DNA of 64,000 nucleotides, from assembly GCF_001194135.2 (NCBI RefSeq), contig NC_068989.1, positions 70,275,769 to 70,339,768 of the forward strand. The letters are read 5' to 3'. The first letter of the stretch is position 1. The number at the start of each line of letters is the position of its first letter. The notes below the pieces were generated by a model. The model made no database searches and was not told the origin of the DNA. It saw nothing but the letters and a program-made list of their open reading frames with translations. This stretch comes from Octopus bimaculoides (taxonomy: Eukaryota). Of this stretch, positions 1-25,953 are shown in pieces. The position numbers and the translations under genes are program-made.

Positions 1-19
1 GTGTGTGTGTGTGTGTCTA

Positions 20-52
<33 letters not shown>

Positions 53-112
53 TTGTCTGTATGTATGTATGTATGTATGTGTGTACGTATGTGTGTGTGT
101 GTGTATGTGTGT
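1..112. repeat. Compound microsatellite (GT)n/(CTGT)n/(ATGT)n
   Basis: Direct reading. Confidence 0.95.
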
Positions 113-430
113 GTGAAGGTATGTGGCTCAGTGATTAGGGTGTTTGACTCACCATCGCAAGGTCATGAGTTCGATTCCCGTCGATGCGTTGTGTCCTTGA
201 GCAAGACACTTTATTTCACTTTGCTCCATATCACTCAGCTGGCAAAAAATGAGTAATATCTGTATTTCAAAAGATTAGCCTTGTCACACTCTAAGTCATC
301 CTGAATTTCGTTGAGAACTATGCTACGGGTACACGTGTCTGTGGAGTGCTCACTGACATGTACGTTGATTTTAAAAGCAGGCTGTTCCATTGGCTGGATC
401 AACTGGAACCCTGGTTGTCGTAACCCACTC
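113..430 (+). mobile_element. tRNA-headed SINE with TGTGTCCTTGAGCAAGACACT core
   Basis: A/B boxes and a 3' part shared with the 1053 family; relatives on - at about 22830-23080 and 62840-63130. Confidence 0.7.
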
Positions 431-871
431 TCCTGAAATTGCTGGCCTTGTGCCAAAATTTGAAACCAATACTATAGAAAATATTTGTTGTGGTTCAAGG
501 GAAGTAACTTAAATATTTTTCACAATTTCCTTTTACATAGCTAAGACTATTTTTATTTATTTATCTATACAAATCAATAAACTTACTGTTTAACCAAAAA
601 CAAACAATCCATTACTTTGTTGGATTTTTAACCAAGTGACTTTTATTTATTCATTTATTTATTTATTGCGAAAAAACATTCAGCGCTGCTTTTAATAAAC
701 AACTCATAGAAACGTGAACGTCGAAACATGAACCTATATACATTTGTCACATCAAAATTTCTAATTCCTTTGAAGTGAAATAAAATACACTTTTTCATAT
801 TGTGTTTGATATTTTCCTCTGATTTTCTGTGCACAGTGAAGCTAATTAATTACAGCCATATATATCTTTTG

Positions 872-2313
872 TTATATTTCGAATGTTGAGTTATATTTGA
901 TGTATGTTCCAGACCCACATAAAATTCGACGTCGCAGTCTTGTGATCTATGAACCAGAAGAAATCAATATTCACCAAAAGTTAGTTAATACACAGTTGTC
1001 TCCCCTATTAAATCATTTTCGTTTCTTTTGATCTGCTATTTAGTTCTATTCAGTGGAGGCGCAATGGCCCAGTGGTTAGGGCAGCGGACTCGCGGTTTCG
1101 ATTCCCAGACCGGGCGTTGTGAGTGTTTATTGAGCGAAAACACCTAAAGCTCCACGAGGCTCCGGCAGGGGATGGTGGCGAACCCTGCTGTACTCTTTCA
1201 CCACAACTTTCTCTCACTCTTACTTACTGTTTCTGTTGTGCCTGTGTCACGCTGAAAATCCCCGAGAACTACATTAAGGGTACACGTGTCTGTGGAGTGC
1301 TCAGCCACTTGCACGCTAATTTCACGAGCAGGCTGTTCCGTTGGTCGGATCAACTGGAACCCTCGACGTCGTAACCGACGGAGTGCCAACAACAACCTTA
1401 GTTCTATTCATACAACCATCTCCCTGCATTGTGGCAGCTTTGCATTTCTACAAATCTTGCCATTACACGAGTTTCTTTAACGTTAAGTACTTCGTATATT
1501 TTACCTCATTGAGTTCCATGTAACATGGGAAAACAAATACATTTCCTGTTACAGTATTTTATAATACGGCACAGTTTTCATGTACACAACGCTTCCATAA
1601 TGCATAAGGTGTATATATATATATGCAAATAAAGCTGTCCATTACGGTGCTAGCAAAATTTATGGCTGTTTTATTTAGCAGATTATATCTGTTTTTGATT
1701 AGAAAGAAAGCTTAGCACATCTCTAAGGAACAGTTAACAAAACATAAAGCAGTCCGTCAGGAGACGCCATCCCCTTTTTCTCCACAAGTCAATTCTTTTG
1801 TTATATTAAATTTTGAGTTCTGATTTACACTGTGTTGTGCATATAAAAATATTGTTTATTAAAATTACTTCGTATTTATGGATTTACCTATCGTGGAAGT
1901 TTTAGTGGTAGAGGATCTCAACGGACGTAACTCAACATATAAAACGTTAATCATATGGCTATGTCCAGATTTTTTTCTTTTCGTTTTTCTTAAAATAATG
2001 CAAATGATTTGATCAAAAAATATAAAATTCTTTCCTGTATTTTAGATAATAGCCAACAACATATTGGCGACAACAACATGCCAAGCGAAACCGAGTATAT
2101 TTAGCGAAGTATCTTATTTAAAATAAGACACCCGATGAGATTCAATCTGCATTGGTGGATGCAACAGTACCAGTTGTACAGTATCCTACCGACAAAGGAC
2201 AGATGCAGAATGGGTCGAAACGATCGTTGTGCTGAATAAAGATTCTTGCAAACAACATTTTCCGTTTCCCTGCACTGACATTTATATCAAAACTGTTGAT
2301 GACATCAGGTAGC
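872..2313 (-). CDS. Hypothetical spliced gene, 3' part (4 small exons, unknown product)
   Basis: Exons 2313-2190, 1930-1888, 1545-1505 and 946-872 join GT-AG, in phase and without stops into a 94-aa C-terminus. Two acceptors are weak and I do not recognise the protein. Confidence 0.3.
1053..1396 (+). mobile_element. tRNA-derived SINE (Arg-like head), (CAA)n tail
   Basis: A box TGGCCCAGTGG and B box GTTTCGATTCC; same family at 17733-17994 and 57914-58280. Confidence 0.88.
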
Positions 2314-2357
2314 CTAAACAGTGAAAGTGCTTTAATCGGCATACTACTAACCATGTA

Positions 2358-2358
2358 A

Positions 2359-2389
<31 letters not shown>

Positions 2390-2391
2390 CA

Positions 2392-2427
<36 letters not shown>

Positions 2428-2433
2428 TATATA
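2358..2433. repeat. (TACA)n(TA)n microsatellite at gap edge
   Basis: Direct reading. Confidence 0.95.
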
Positions 2434-2941
2434 NNNNNNNNNNNNNNNNNNNNNNNNNNNNNNNNNNNNNNNNNNNNNNNNNNNNNNNNNNNNNNNNNNN
2501 NNNNNNNNNNNNNNNNNNNNNNNNNATAAATCTCTGAACGAGGTATAAACAGTAGCTGCACGACAACGTGAAGTATATTTGCCACGTAAATGTGGCTAAC
2601 CGCTACAAGTATAATCCCAGGTAAATCCAGGCCGTATTTTGAATGTTGCAATATATACATCGTCAGTAAATCATAAATCTAAGTCATAGAGCAATAAATT
2701 ATTTCTAGAAAGATCGTTACAGCCGGTCGTGGGATTACTCTGGATTTCGCGTACTTAGAGCGCTTAGCTTTCTCGTTGGACCTTAATTACAGATAACTTC
2801 ACTTCAAAATGGAAGAAGAAAAGGCCGCGTGGCTAGTCTTTGAACTAAGGTCAAACGCAAAGGATTGTCTCCCTTAGACCACTATCCGGAATCTACTCGG
2901 CCAGCATGCGAGCCCCAGGATTTCAATAGGAATTTTTCTCC

Positions 2942-2979
<38 letters not shown>

Positions 2980-4884
2980 CAAAGAAATTATCGATTAACA
3001 TTACTGATTAGAACATTTCAAAACGACTAATTTCTTTCGAAGATATATCCAAGGGAGACAACCCGATATTTTAATTATTGAATTTAAAAACAGGATACAG
3101 TAGGGAGTAAGACTTATATCAACACTGCAGTAACTTAGAACATGCTTTGGTCTTATTGGATCTCATCCGGGAAGTATAGTCTAACCGTTACTGCAGACTC
3201 TGAACATGAAGCGGCGTGCTAAATTTTAAAGAATTACTGCAGAAAATATAGCCAAAGACCGTGTGCATGAAACGTTAATAGTAAAGTGAACACTAGGATA
3301 TAGGTGCGGGCAGGGCTGTGCGGTAAAGACGTTCGATTCACAACCACGTGGTTTCAGGTTCAGTCCCACTGTACGGCACATAGCGCAAATGTCTCTTCTT
3401 ACAGACGACCAAAGTATTGTGAGTGAATCCAGTAGATATAACCCGTGCAGAAACCCATTGTGTATGTATGTGTGTGTGCGCGCGCACAGACACAGGTAGA
3501 CACACCACCACCACCACCACTATCATCCCCATTAAAAATTTACCATTAAAAAACTGGGTTACCTCCCCTCTAAAAAATTGAGTTTGTGGCGACAAGAGAT
3601 TGGATTAAAAGTGTTAGATCCTTTTGATTCAATACTTCAACATATTGTTGACTTTAAGCCTTCTCAATAGGCATGGTATAATTCGTTATAAAAATGTTAT
3701 TAGATTCAAGAAGATGATTGATTTTTTTTCATTTTTATTTTATTGAGTNNNNNNNNNNNNNNNNNNNNNNNNNNNNNNNNNNNNNNNNNNNNNNNNNNNN
3801 NNNNNNNNNNNNNNNNNNNNNNNNNNNNNNNNNNNNNNNNNNNNNNNNNNNNNNNNNNNNNNNNNNNNNNNNNNNNNNNNNNNNNNNNNNNNNNNNNNNN
3901 NNNNNNNNNNNNNNNNNNNNNNNNNNNNNNNNNNNNNNNNNNNNNNNNNNNNNNNNNNNNNNNNNNNNNNNNNNNNNNNNNNNNNNNNNNNNNNNNNNTA
4001 CAAAGTGGTGCCCCAGTATGGCCGTAGTCAAATAACTGAAACAAGGAAGAGTATTTCGTCGAGTAAACCAATAAATTTTAATCAATTAAAATTACTATTT
4101 ATATATTTCAATAACCTAATGGCATAAGATTCTTAAAACCGTAACGCGGTAGATTTTTAAAACTACAAAGAAATGCGTACAGTTTGGTGCCCCATGATTG
4201 ATGCGAATTTCGTTTTTCATAATCATTTTAAAGAAAAATACGTTTCATTAAAATTTTGTTTAGATACATTTTTGAAGGTGTAGATGACGATTATGTTGAT
4301 AAAATTTATTCATTTGTTTTACTTTGGACTTCTTTTTTTTATCCCTCAGAAAGAGAAGAAAGATGATTTTCCCAGTTTACATTTACTCGGAATATTTTTG
4401 TCGTGATTTCTAATTTTATATTGCTAATGAATAATAGCAATTACAATAAAGCAGGCTTTTTTTAATAAATGTTTTAAAAAGTACAAAATTCCCTTTTTTT
4501 TTTTTTCAAAGTAAAAATATTATAAAGTTTTTGATTTCATCAACATAAGCTTCGAAAACTTATCTTGCAAAATTTCTCTAAAAAAAATTCATTAATAGAA
4601 AACTTTGAAGATACGCAGTTGCGTGGAGCATTAAACTGTAGGTATACCACTACAGTGACTAATCTAATTGAAAACAATTGAACTTCCGTTATCACGTCAT
4701 TGATTAACATTTTTAGATATATGTTTAAATTAATTTATTAAAGCATTTATTTTAATAAAAAATTGAATTAAAATTATCTTTAATTTTTTTTAATCGTTCA
4801 GAAAATAATTAATTTCAATAAGTATTGAAATCATAACGAACCGAAATATACGAAACTAATATTGAACATTTTCAATATTTCAAG

Positions 4885-18341
<13,457 letters not shown>

Positions 18342-20083
18342 AAGTGTAGTGAGACAGTGGGGTTACATTATGACCAGTCATTTTTTTCATTATTATTTTT
18401 ATTATTTTTTTTAATTTCAACAGTTGGGTCTTGTTATTTTGGGGACACTAATCACAACTGTATTAAAAAAATATATATATAGAAAATAAGTTTCTTGTTC
18501 TTTGTTGTTATTTTTTTTAAAAACTGACTTATCAGAATTGTCCACAACTGGATATTTTACTTTATATTGATCTCTTTCCGCAGGTACTACATCAGCATCT
18601 TTCCCTAACCCCATATACACACACTCCTGCAACCAACCCAACAACAGGTCATCCCTCTCTCATCCTTCTCCTGTCTTCATCATTACTATTCTGCTGCTCT
18701 GCACTGTCAGACATCTCCTACTACCCCCTTTTCTCCCTTAACTCATGCATTTTTCATCCACCATTGACTACATCTGCAAATTGCCCAAGGACACAATGCA
18801 CCACCAGGAAAGGAACTCATGCCCTTACAATTGTGAACTAAATATCCTAACCACTAAGCCATGCACATTCCACACACACACATATATATGACAGACTTGA
18901 CACAGTTTCTGCCTGACAAATTCCATTCAGACAATATTAGTCAACATGAGGCTATCTTAGAAGAAACTTGCTTGAGGTATTGTGCAGTGGGATGAGATTG
19001 AACCAGGAACCAGAAAGCTGTGAAGTAAACTTAAGCACAGCTATAAAACGCTTTTGATGACATGAGCTACGCTCAGCTTTCTAGATAGAGTCCTCTTTAC
19101 ACAACTCAGACTAGCAACATAGGGGAAAATGATGATAATGAAGAGAGAAATGAGCAAAGAAAAAAAATACACAATATATTACCACATAAGCTATGTTTCA
19201 CTTTATTTATAAATATCTAGTTTTAGAGTTGCATGTAAGTGGAATTATAAATAAAGGTTATCTTACAAGAACGTTTTTTATCAAAATATACTTCAATACA
19301 CATATATAAATAATATTGCATTTGTATAAAAAAGATATATGTGTATGTGTGTGTGCATTTCATATTTACACACAGAAGTAAAAACAAAATTTTGTATTTT
19401 TCATTAGCTTACCATCAACAACAACAACATTTTAACATCTACTTTTTCATGAGATTATGTGGGGACAGATTATCTACAGCTGGATGCTCTTGCTGTCACC
19501 AACCCATCGCTTGTTTGCAAATGTGATAATAATCTCAGTCTACTGAATAGCAAAGTATCTAGACATGTTTAGGAGAACAGGACACAAATGACATCCTTTG
19601 AACAAGGCTTTTGTTTACAAAAATCATACATGTCAAGGCATACTTTCCTGATAGACTTCAAGCAAATGGCAGCAAAACCAGTTTGCAACTAGCAAAGAAA
19701 CATGTAGAAGTTACTATCAACCATTCCCTCATAAAAAATTTATATAAATACACAAGGTACAACATCATCGTCGTCATGGGTTGGACGGTTTAACTGAGGA
19801 CTGGCAAGCCAGAAGGCTACACCAGGTTCCAATCTGATCTGGCAAGGTTTCTAAAGCCGGATGCCCTTCCTAATGCCAACCACTCCAAGAGTGTAGTGGG
19901 TGCTTTTTACGTGCCACTGGCATGAGGGCCAGTCAGGCAGTACTGGCATCGACCATGCTTGAATGGTGCTTTGTATGTGCCACCAGCATAGGACCCAGTC
20001 ACGCGGCACTGGCACATCTAAATAAATATGAAATTTGATGCAGATAGCCAATGAGTATTTTCTCAGACAAAAAAAGGAAAATG

Positions 20084-20371
20084 CAGTGGATCTCAACCAT
20101 TTTTTGCCTATGGACCCCTTTGTTTCCTATTTTATGCTACTGGAACCCCATAGCCATTCAATGTTTAAAAAACATCCGTTATATTTTTATCATTGAATAG
20201 GCGTAGAAGTGGCTGTGTGGTAAGTAGCTTGCATACCAACCACATGGTTCCGGGTTCAGTTCCACTGCGTGGCACCTTGGGCAAGTGTCTTCTACTATAG
20301 CCTCGGGCCGACCAAAGCCTTGTGAGTGGATTTGATAGACGGAAACTGAAAGCCCGTCGTATATATGTATG

Positions 20372-20402
<31 letters not shown>

Positions 20403-20640
20403 GTGTTTGTGTGTCTGTGTTTGTCCCCCCAACATCGCTTGACAACCGATGCTGGTGTGTTTACGTCTCCGTAACTTAGCGGTTTGGCTAAAGTGACTGA
20501 TAGAATAAGTACTAGGCTTACAAAGAATAAGTCCTGGGGTCGATTTGCTCGACTAAAGGCGGTGCTCCAGCATGGCCACAGTCAAATGACTGAAACAAGT
20601 AAAAGAGTAAAGAGAGTATTAGGAATTGTATTTAAAAAAT

Positions 20641-20671
<31 letters not shown>

Positions 20672-20752
20672 GAATGGTAGACGTATAACCAATTTTATTG
20701 TACTTTAGTTTTAACAATAAAATCTTATATTGACCCCAGTTGAGAACCACTG
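20084..20752. mobile_element. hAT-type MITE carrying a nested SINE
   Basis: Inverted ends CAGTGGATCTCAACC and CAGTGGTTCTCAACT; SINE at 20199-20618; no TSD match. Confidence 0.5.
20199..20618 (+). mobile_element. tRNA-derived SINE with internal (TA)/(TG) microsatellite
   Basis: AGGCGxAGGAGTGGCTGTGTGGTAAG head and GAAACAAGTAAAAGAGTA tail. Copies at 47113-47520(+) and 56467-56848(-), plus many degraded copies. Confidence 0.88.
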
Positions 20753-21682
20753 CTTTAATATGTGTTTGAAATGAATATTTTAAAAGCTGAAACAACAGGA
20801 GAAGCACAGATTTCTCTATACCCATCAAATATGTATGTTTGTAATTCCTTGTCTTGACACCAGGTGATTGTTATAAATCAGTGTCATTGTCATTACAAGC
20901 AGTGTCATTCGTTTCTAATATTCTGCAAAAACATGTCTGGCCGTGGAGAAATATTTTGCTTGGAAACAGGTAAAGGTTGATGACAGGAAGGACACCCAAC
21001 CATAGAAAATCTACCTCGATAAATGCCATCTGGTTGTTGCAAGCATGATAAAGTGGATGTTAAAACAATGATGATATATGTGGGTGTTTTTGTCTTAACA
21101 TCGTCCAACAGTTGTGAAACGAGTGGTGTCCTTTGTTTCCAATCTTCTGTGAAAACGTGTCTGACCATGGAGAAATACAGTGAAGATTGGTAACAGGAAG
21201 GGCATCCTACCATAGAAAATCTGCTTCAATGAAACATGGAAAAGTAGACATGAACTCTCTTGATACCAACCCGCTTGAGATCTCTTCTGCTTCTATGATA
21301 CAAGCTTCATGTTTAAAGTAATCTGAATTAAAACCTTTCAAAATTTCCTGTTCCAAACAACAGGTTAATAATTACAAAGTTACTTCGTCGTTTTCAAAAT
21401 TAATTGAAACAAAGGCAGCGTATTTCAATAGAAATATGGTAACAAAAGGATTTAAAATGACAACAATGATGATGGTATCCAGAAGTACATGACATCATGT
21501 TAAAGCAACAATATCGGACATGTAAAAAAAGCTACAAATATGAAGCTATGACAGGAAAAAGAGTCATATTTCCTTTTTTTCTTTTTCTTCATTTTTTACA
21601 CAAAATTTAATGAGTTGTTCTAAATACATCCTTAATTTTAGAATGTGTCCAAGAATTGGAGGCTTGGATGTTTGTTGGAGTT

Positions 21683-21698
21683 TCAGAGGTTTTCGTAT
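21683..21698 (-). CDS. ADCK5: ADCK5 candidate final coding exon (RYENL*)
   Basis: Strong acceptor tttttctttcag| in phase with the 23386 donor. Confidence 0.55.
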
Positions 21699-24600
21699 CT
21701 GAAAGAAAAAAAATATATATATATATACAGAATTAATTTTAAAAGAAAATAATTGTTTTTGATTTAAGCACAAGGCCAATCAGTAATTTTGGAGGAATGG
21801 AGTTTAGTCAATTCCGGTTTCAATGGAGATATGAGCAAATTATTGGAGTAAATGTAAACGCAAAATAAGTCTAACAAATTTACTCTAGCGCTAACACAGG
21901 AAAACTGAGCCAATACTTTATTGGGAATCATAATATTGAACACTGAGAAATTTCATCTCTAACTCAATTGTTCTACCAGCGAGACTTGGAAGAACACAGT
22001 AAGGAGAGATAGAAGAACTAAATATATTCTATCAAATATGCCTCAGAAAGATCTTATGGGTCAACTGTCAGGACTGTGTCACAAATGAGAGGATTCTGAA
22101 AAGAGCAATGTCATAACCACTACAAGACATTGTAGCAGAGCACCAATTGCACCTGGCTGGCCACGTTCAATGATTAACCAATCAATGACACTTGTAAAAC
22201 AGCCAAGGCTTGGGTATTGCCTGCGAGCAGGCCAAATATTATTTGGTGGCAGACATTTCAAGATGACCAGAAGATAGTCAACATTATGTGTAAGACAGGC
22301 AGCCAACTAAACTCAGAGGAGGAAGCTTGCCCTCCAATGCATTGAGCAGTGCAGGAGGACTTGAAACTAAAAGAAAGAAAAAAATGAGCACTCACAGATT
22401 ATAATCCAATGTGAACTTAATCTGCTTGTTTGACTTAACTAATAATGATTCCAATTAGGTAGGTATAAAATTCTAAATTTGTAGCCAAGTAAAATTGCAT
22501 CTTGTAATAAGTTAAGGGCAGATAACTGTACTATAAACAAAATGGAATTTCACAGTTGAACTTATTAGGGGTTCTACTATTGTAATTTGTATAAAATATC
22601 TTGAGGTGTTTACTAGGAGATTTGAGTTTTAGGTTGGACGTTTTGCTTATATTTCTTGCAGAGTCTAGAGGAAAAATATTGCTAACTCTCCAAGGTTGGT
22701 GAGATCGATACCAGTAGTTTTCCTTATAAATTGGTGGGAAAGACATGAGCCACAAGGGAAGATTGCAGTGGGACAACGTTCTGGGAAAGAAGGGACTAGA
22801 CATAGTGGTTAGTGCAAGATTGTTTATGGAAGACCAGCAGTCAATCATGCATACCAGCTTCCCCTCCCTCCACACTACCGATGTTATCCAAGGGAAAGGC
22901 AAAGGCCAATACAGCTTGGCACTAGTGACGTTGCAACTCATTTCTACAGCTGAATGAACTGGAGCAATGTGAAATAAAGTGTCTTGCTCAAGAATATAAC
23001 ACACAGCCCAGGCTGATAATCAAACTCACTATCTCATGATTGTGAGCCCAATGCTCTAACCACTGAGCCATGTGCCTTCACCAGCCCAAATACTCTACCT
23101 GTTTTATGTTCAAGACAGACAGATCTGGCCTTTCACATGTACCCTACAATGTTATTCTAAAAATACATAATCACATCATTAAAATCTTGAAGCTACAAAA
23201 TAATGATCAATTTTACTATGATCAATTATAAAAAATGGAAATAAGTAAGCATTACATTTGACAAAGTAATTTGAATGCTAAAGAGTTAAAGTAGAGAAAT
23301 CCTGACAAATCATAGAGAAGAGATCCTACAGGAAAAATGACCCTTTAATAAATAGGGAATTGTTGAGTAAGCTTTGAAATCTCACCTTTTTCTTTGAGTA
23401 TTAATAAGTTCTGTAAGTTCCTGATATTCTGGATGCAATCCCAGAAAGTAGAGGAATCGGAGATATGTGAATGCAAACCAAAGTTTGAGGTTTTCAATGC
23501 TGTAAATGAATTGGTAAAGTAATAAACTTCGTTAATTATTATTACTAATTAAAGAAATGTAATTGATAATCAAAATTTGTGTTTTCCAATGCTATAAATG
23601 AAAACGAAGGTCACTGATTGATAAAGTAATATAGTTTGTTATTGTTACTATTATTAGTTGTACTTAAGTTTGCTGTCTTAAGCACAGCTTAATAATCCTT
23701 TCTACAAGGCCTGAAATTTTTGGGGAGGGGACTAGTCAATTACATCGACACCAGTGAAACAATGAAGTTGATGTAATCAACTAGTCCCCTCCCCAAAAAT
23801 TTTAGGCCTTGTGCCTTTAGTAGAAAGGATTATTATTAGTTATGCTTAAGGCACCAAACTGGCAGAAACGTTAGCATATCAGACAAAATGATTAACAGCA
23901 ATTTCATCTGTCTTTACTTTCTGAGTTCAAATTTCACCAAAGTTGACTTTGCCTTTTATCTTTTTGGAGTCAATGAAATAAGTACCAGTTGAGCATTCAA
24001 GCCAATGTAATCAACTAGCCCCCAAAATTTCAGGCCTTGGGCTTATAGTAGAAAAGATTATTACTATTGTTATTAAGGCAGTAAGCCAATAGAATCATTA
24101 GCATGCCGAGCAAAATGCTTAGTGGCATTTTGTCCATCTTAACATTGAGTTCAAATGCTGCCAAGGTCAACTTTGCCTTTCATCCATTCACAATAGATAA
24201 AATGAGTACCAGTTGAGCACCGGGGTCAATGTAATCAATTTACCTTGTCCCCCAAAATTGCTGGCCTTGTGTCAACATTTGAAATTATTATTATTATTAT
24301 TAAGGCAGGGAGGTGGCAGAATTGGTAGCATGCTGGGCAAAATGCTTAGCAGCATTTTTTATGGCTTTACAGTCTGTGTTCAAATTCTGCTAAGGTCAGC
24401 TTTGCCTTTCATCCTTTCAAGCTTGATAAAATAAGCACCAGTTGAGCATTGGGGTCAATGTAATCAAATAACCCCATCTCTCAAAATTTCAGGCCTTGTA
24501 CCTAGAAAAGATTATTAGCTGTACTTAACTGGAACTGAACACTTTACCAAATCCTTTCACTCCAAAACTGCAATACTTTTGAGATCCCCCAACAGCCTTT

Positions 24601-25887
24601 TTTTTTTCCATATCTAACATCTTACCTGCAAACTATTAACCTGGATATTAATTTACCTTAAAAATCTCACCCAAACTTAGATGAATTTTCTTTTACAAAT
24701 TAATAATGAACTAAAAAATTCAATACAATTAGAATAATTTGAAATATGTTCTGTATTTTCAATATGACAGAAGATACAAGAAATAAATAAAAATAAATCT
24801 AAATTCAAAGAAAATTACACGAGATGGCTGTGAAGACAAAATTTTTCATTACCTTATAAATAATTCGAACATGAAGAGCTGAAATGTTGATTTGATCTTG
24901 GTTAGGAGAGTATGTTCATTTGTATCACAGATTGCAGACACAGACCTAAAATATGAGAAATAAAACAAACTCATCATCATTTAACGTCCGCTTAGTGGCT
25001 GATAATATGCACATCTTTGATCATGAGCAGAAGTAATGAGTGAGCATCATAACCATGCGTTGAGAGGGATTCTCTTGGGTTTGAATAAATGTAACAAAAG
25101 AAAAGTTTGAAGGCTCCTAATCTCTAGTCTTTAATACATGTACTCTAAGAAAAATTAAAAAGCTACGATGGATGGTTACATCTGGGACACCTTTGATCAT
25201 AAGTTTATTGGATCAGGTGCTGAACCCAGAATTAAAGAGCATTAGTTGAGGTAATGTAGAATATAGTGCTCTGCTCAGAGAGCAACAATGGCAACAGGGG
25301 GAGAGGAAGATGGGTAAATGATGGTTGGGGTAGATCTTTAGAAAAGTTTTAATTAAATGTGGATATTAAGAGAAATACAAGTTGATTGGTAACTGTAATT
25401 TCAGGTGAATTAAGGAGTACATTCATGGGTAAGCTGGTACCTATATATATGTGTGTGTATGTGTAAGCATATTTGGGGGTGGGCACAGGAATGGCTGTGT
25501 GGTAAGAGGTTTGCTTCGCAACCACTTGGTTCCAGGTTCAGTCTAAAGCTTCAAGTGTGTTCTGCTATAGCCTCAGGCTGACCAGAATATTGTGAGCAAG
25601 TAGATCTAGTAAACAGGAACTGAAAGAAGCCCATATTTCATTCCATAACGGCTACCTCTGATGAGTGCAGGGTTACATAATCAGATTGTTACCTAACACT
25701 CTGTTGAACCACGATTGGTAAGATTGACCATAATGGATATATGATTCTGTACACTCTGATTAATGTGTGTGTGTGTGTGTGTGTGTGTGTATAAAAGGAT
25801 GAATGCATGTATGTATACATGTATGTAAATCTATTTAAGTATACGTGTTTATGTCTATATACATTGAAGTGTTTGTGTGTGAGTGTG

Positions 25888-25953
<66 letters not shown>

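Noticed and set aside
1053-1120. tRNA genes (also 113-190, 17733-17810, 20199-20270, 57914-57975)
   Set aside because: A/B boxes are present but there is no complete cloverleaf, and each continues into a repeated SINE body
1878-2103. Plus-strand mini-gene MDLPIVEV...MPSETEYI*
   Set aside because: Only 36 aa, with a weak donor and no homology; competes with the better-supported minus-strand model
18342-21682. Overlapping 3' UTRs of PSMA4 and ADCK5
   Set aside because: AATAAA motifs exist on both strands near 19200-19255, but they are common in AT-rich DNA and transcript ends cannot be placed without data
21564-21698. 45-aa ADCK5 tail IRKPLKLQQ...KEKKEI from the ORF track
   Set aside because: Needs a phase-0 donor, but the upstream exons end in phase 2, which gives RYENL*
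25650-25680. CTGATGA hammerhead start
   Set aside because: No downstream GAAA or closing stems; at best a truncated fragment
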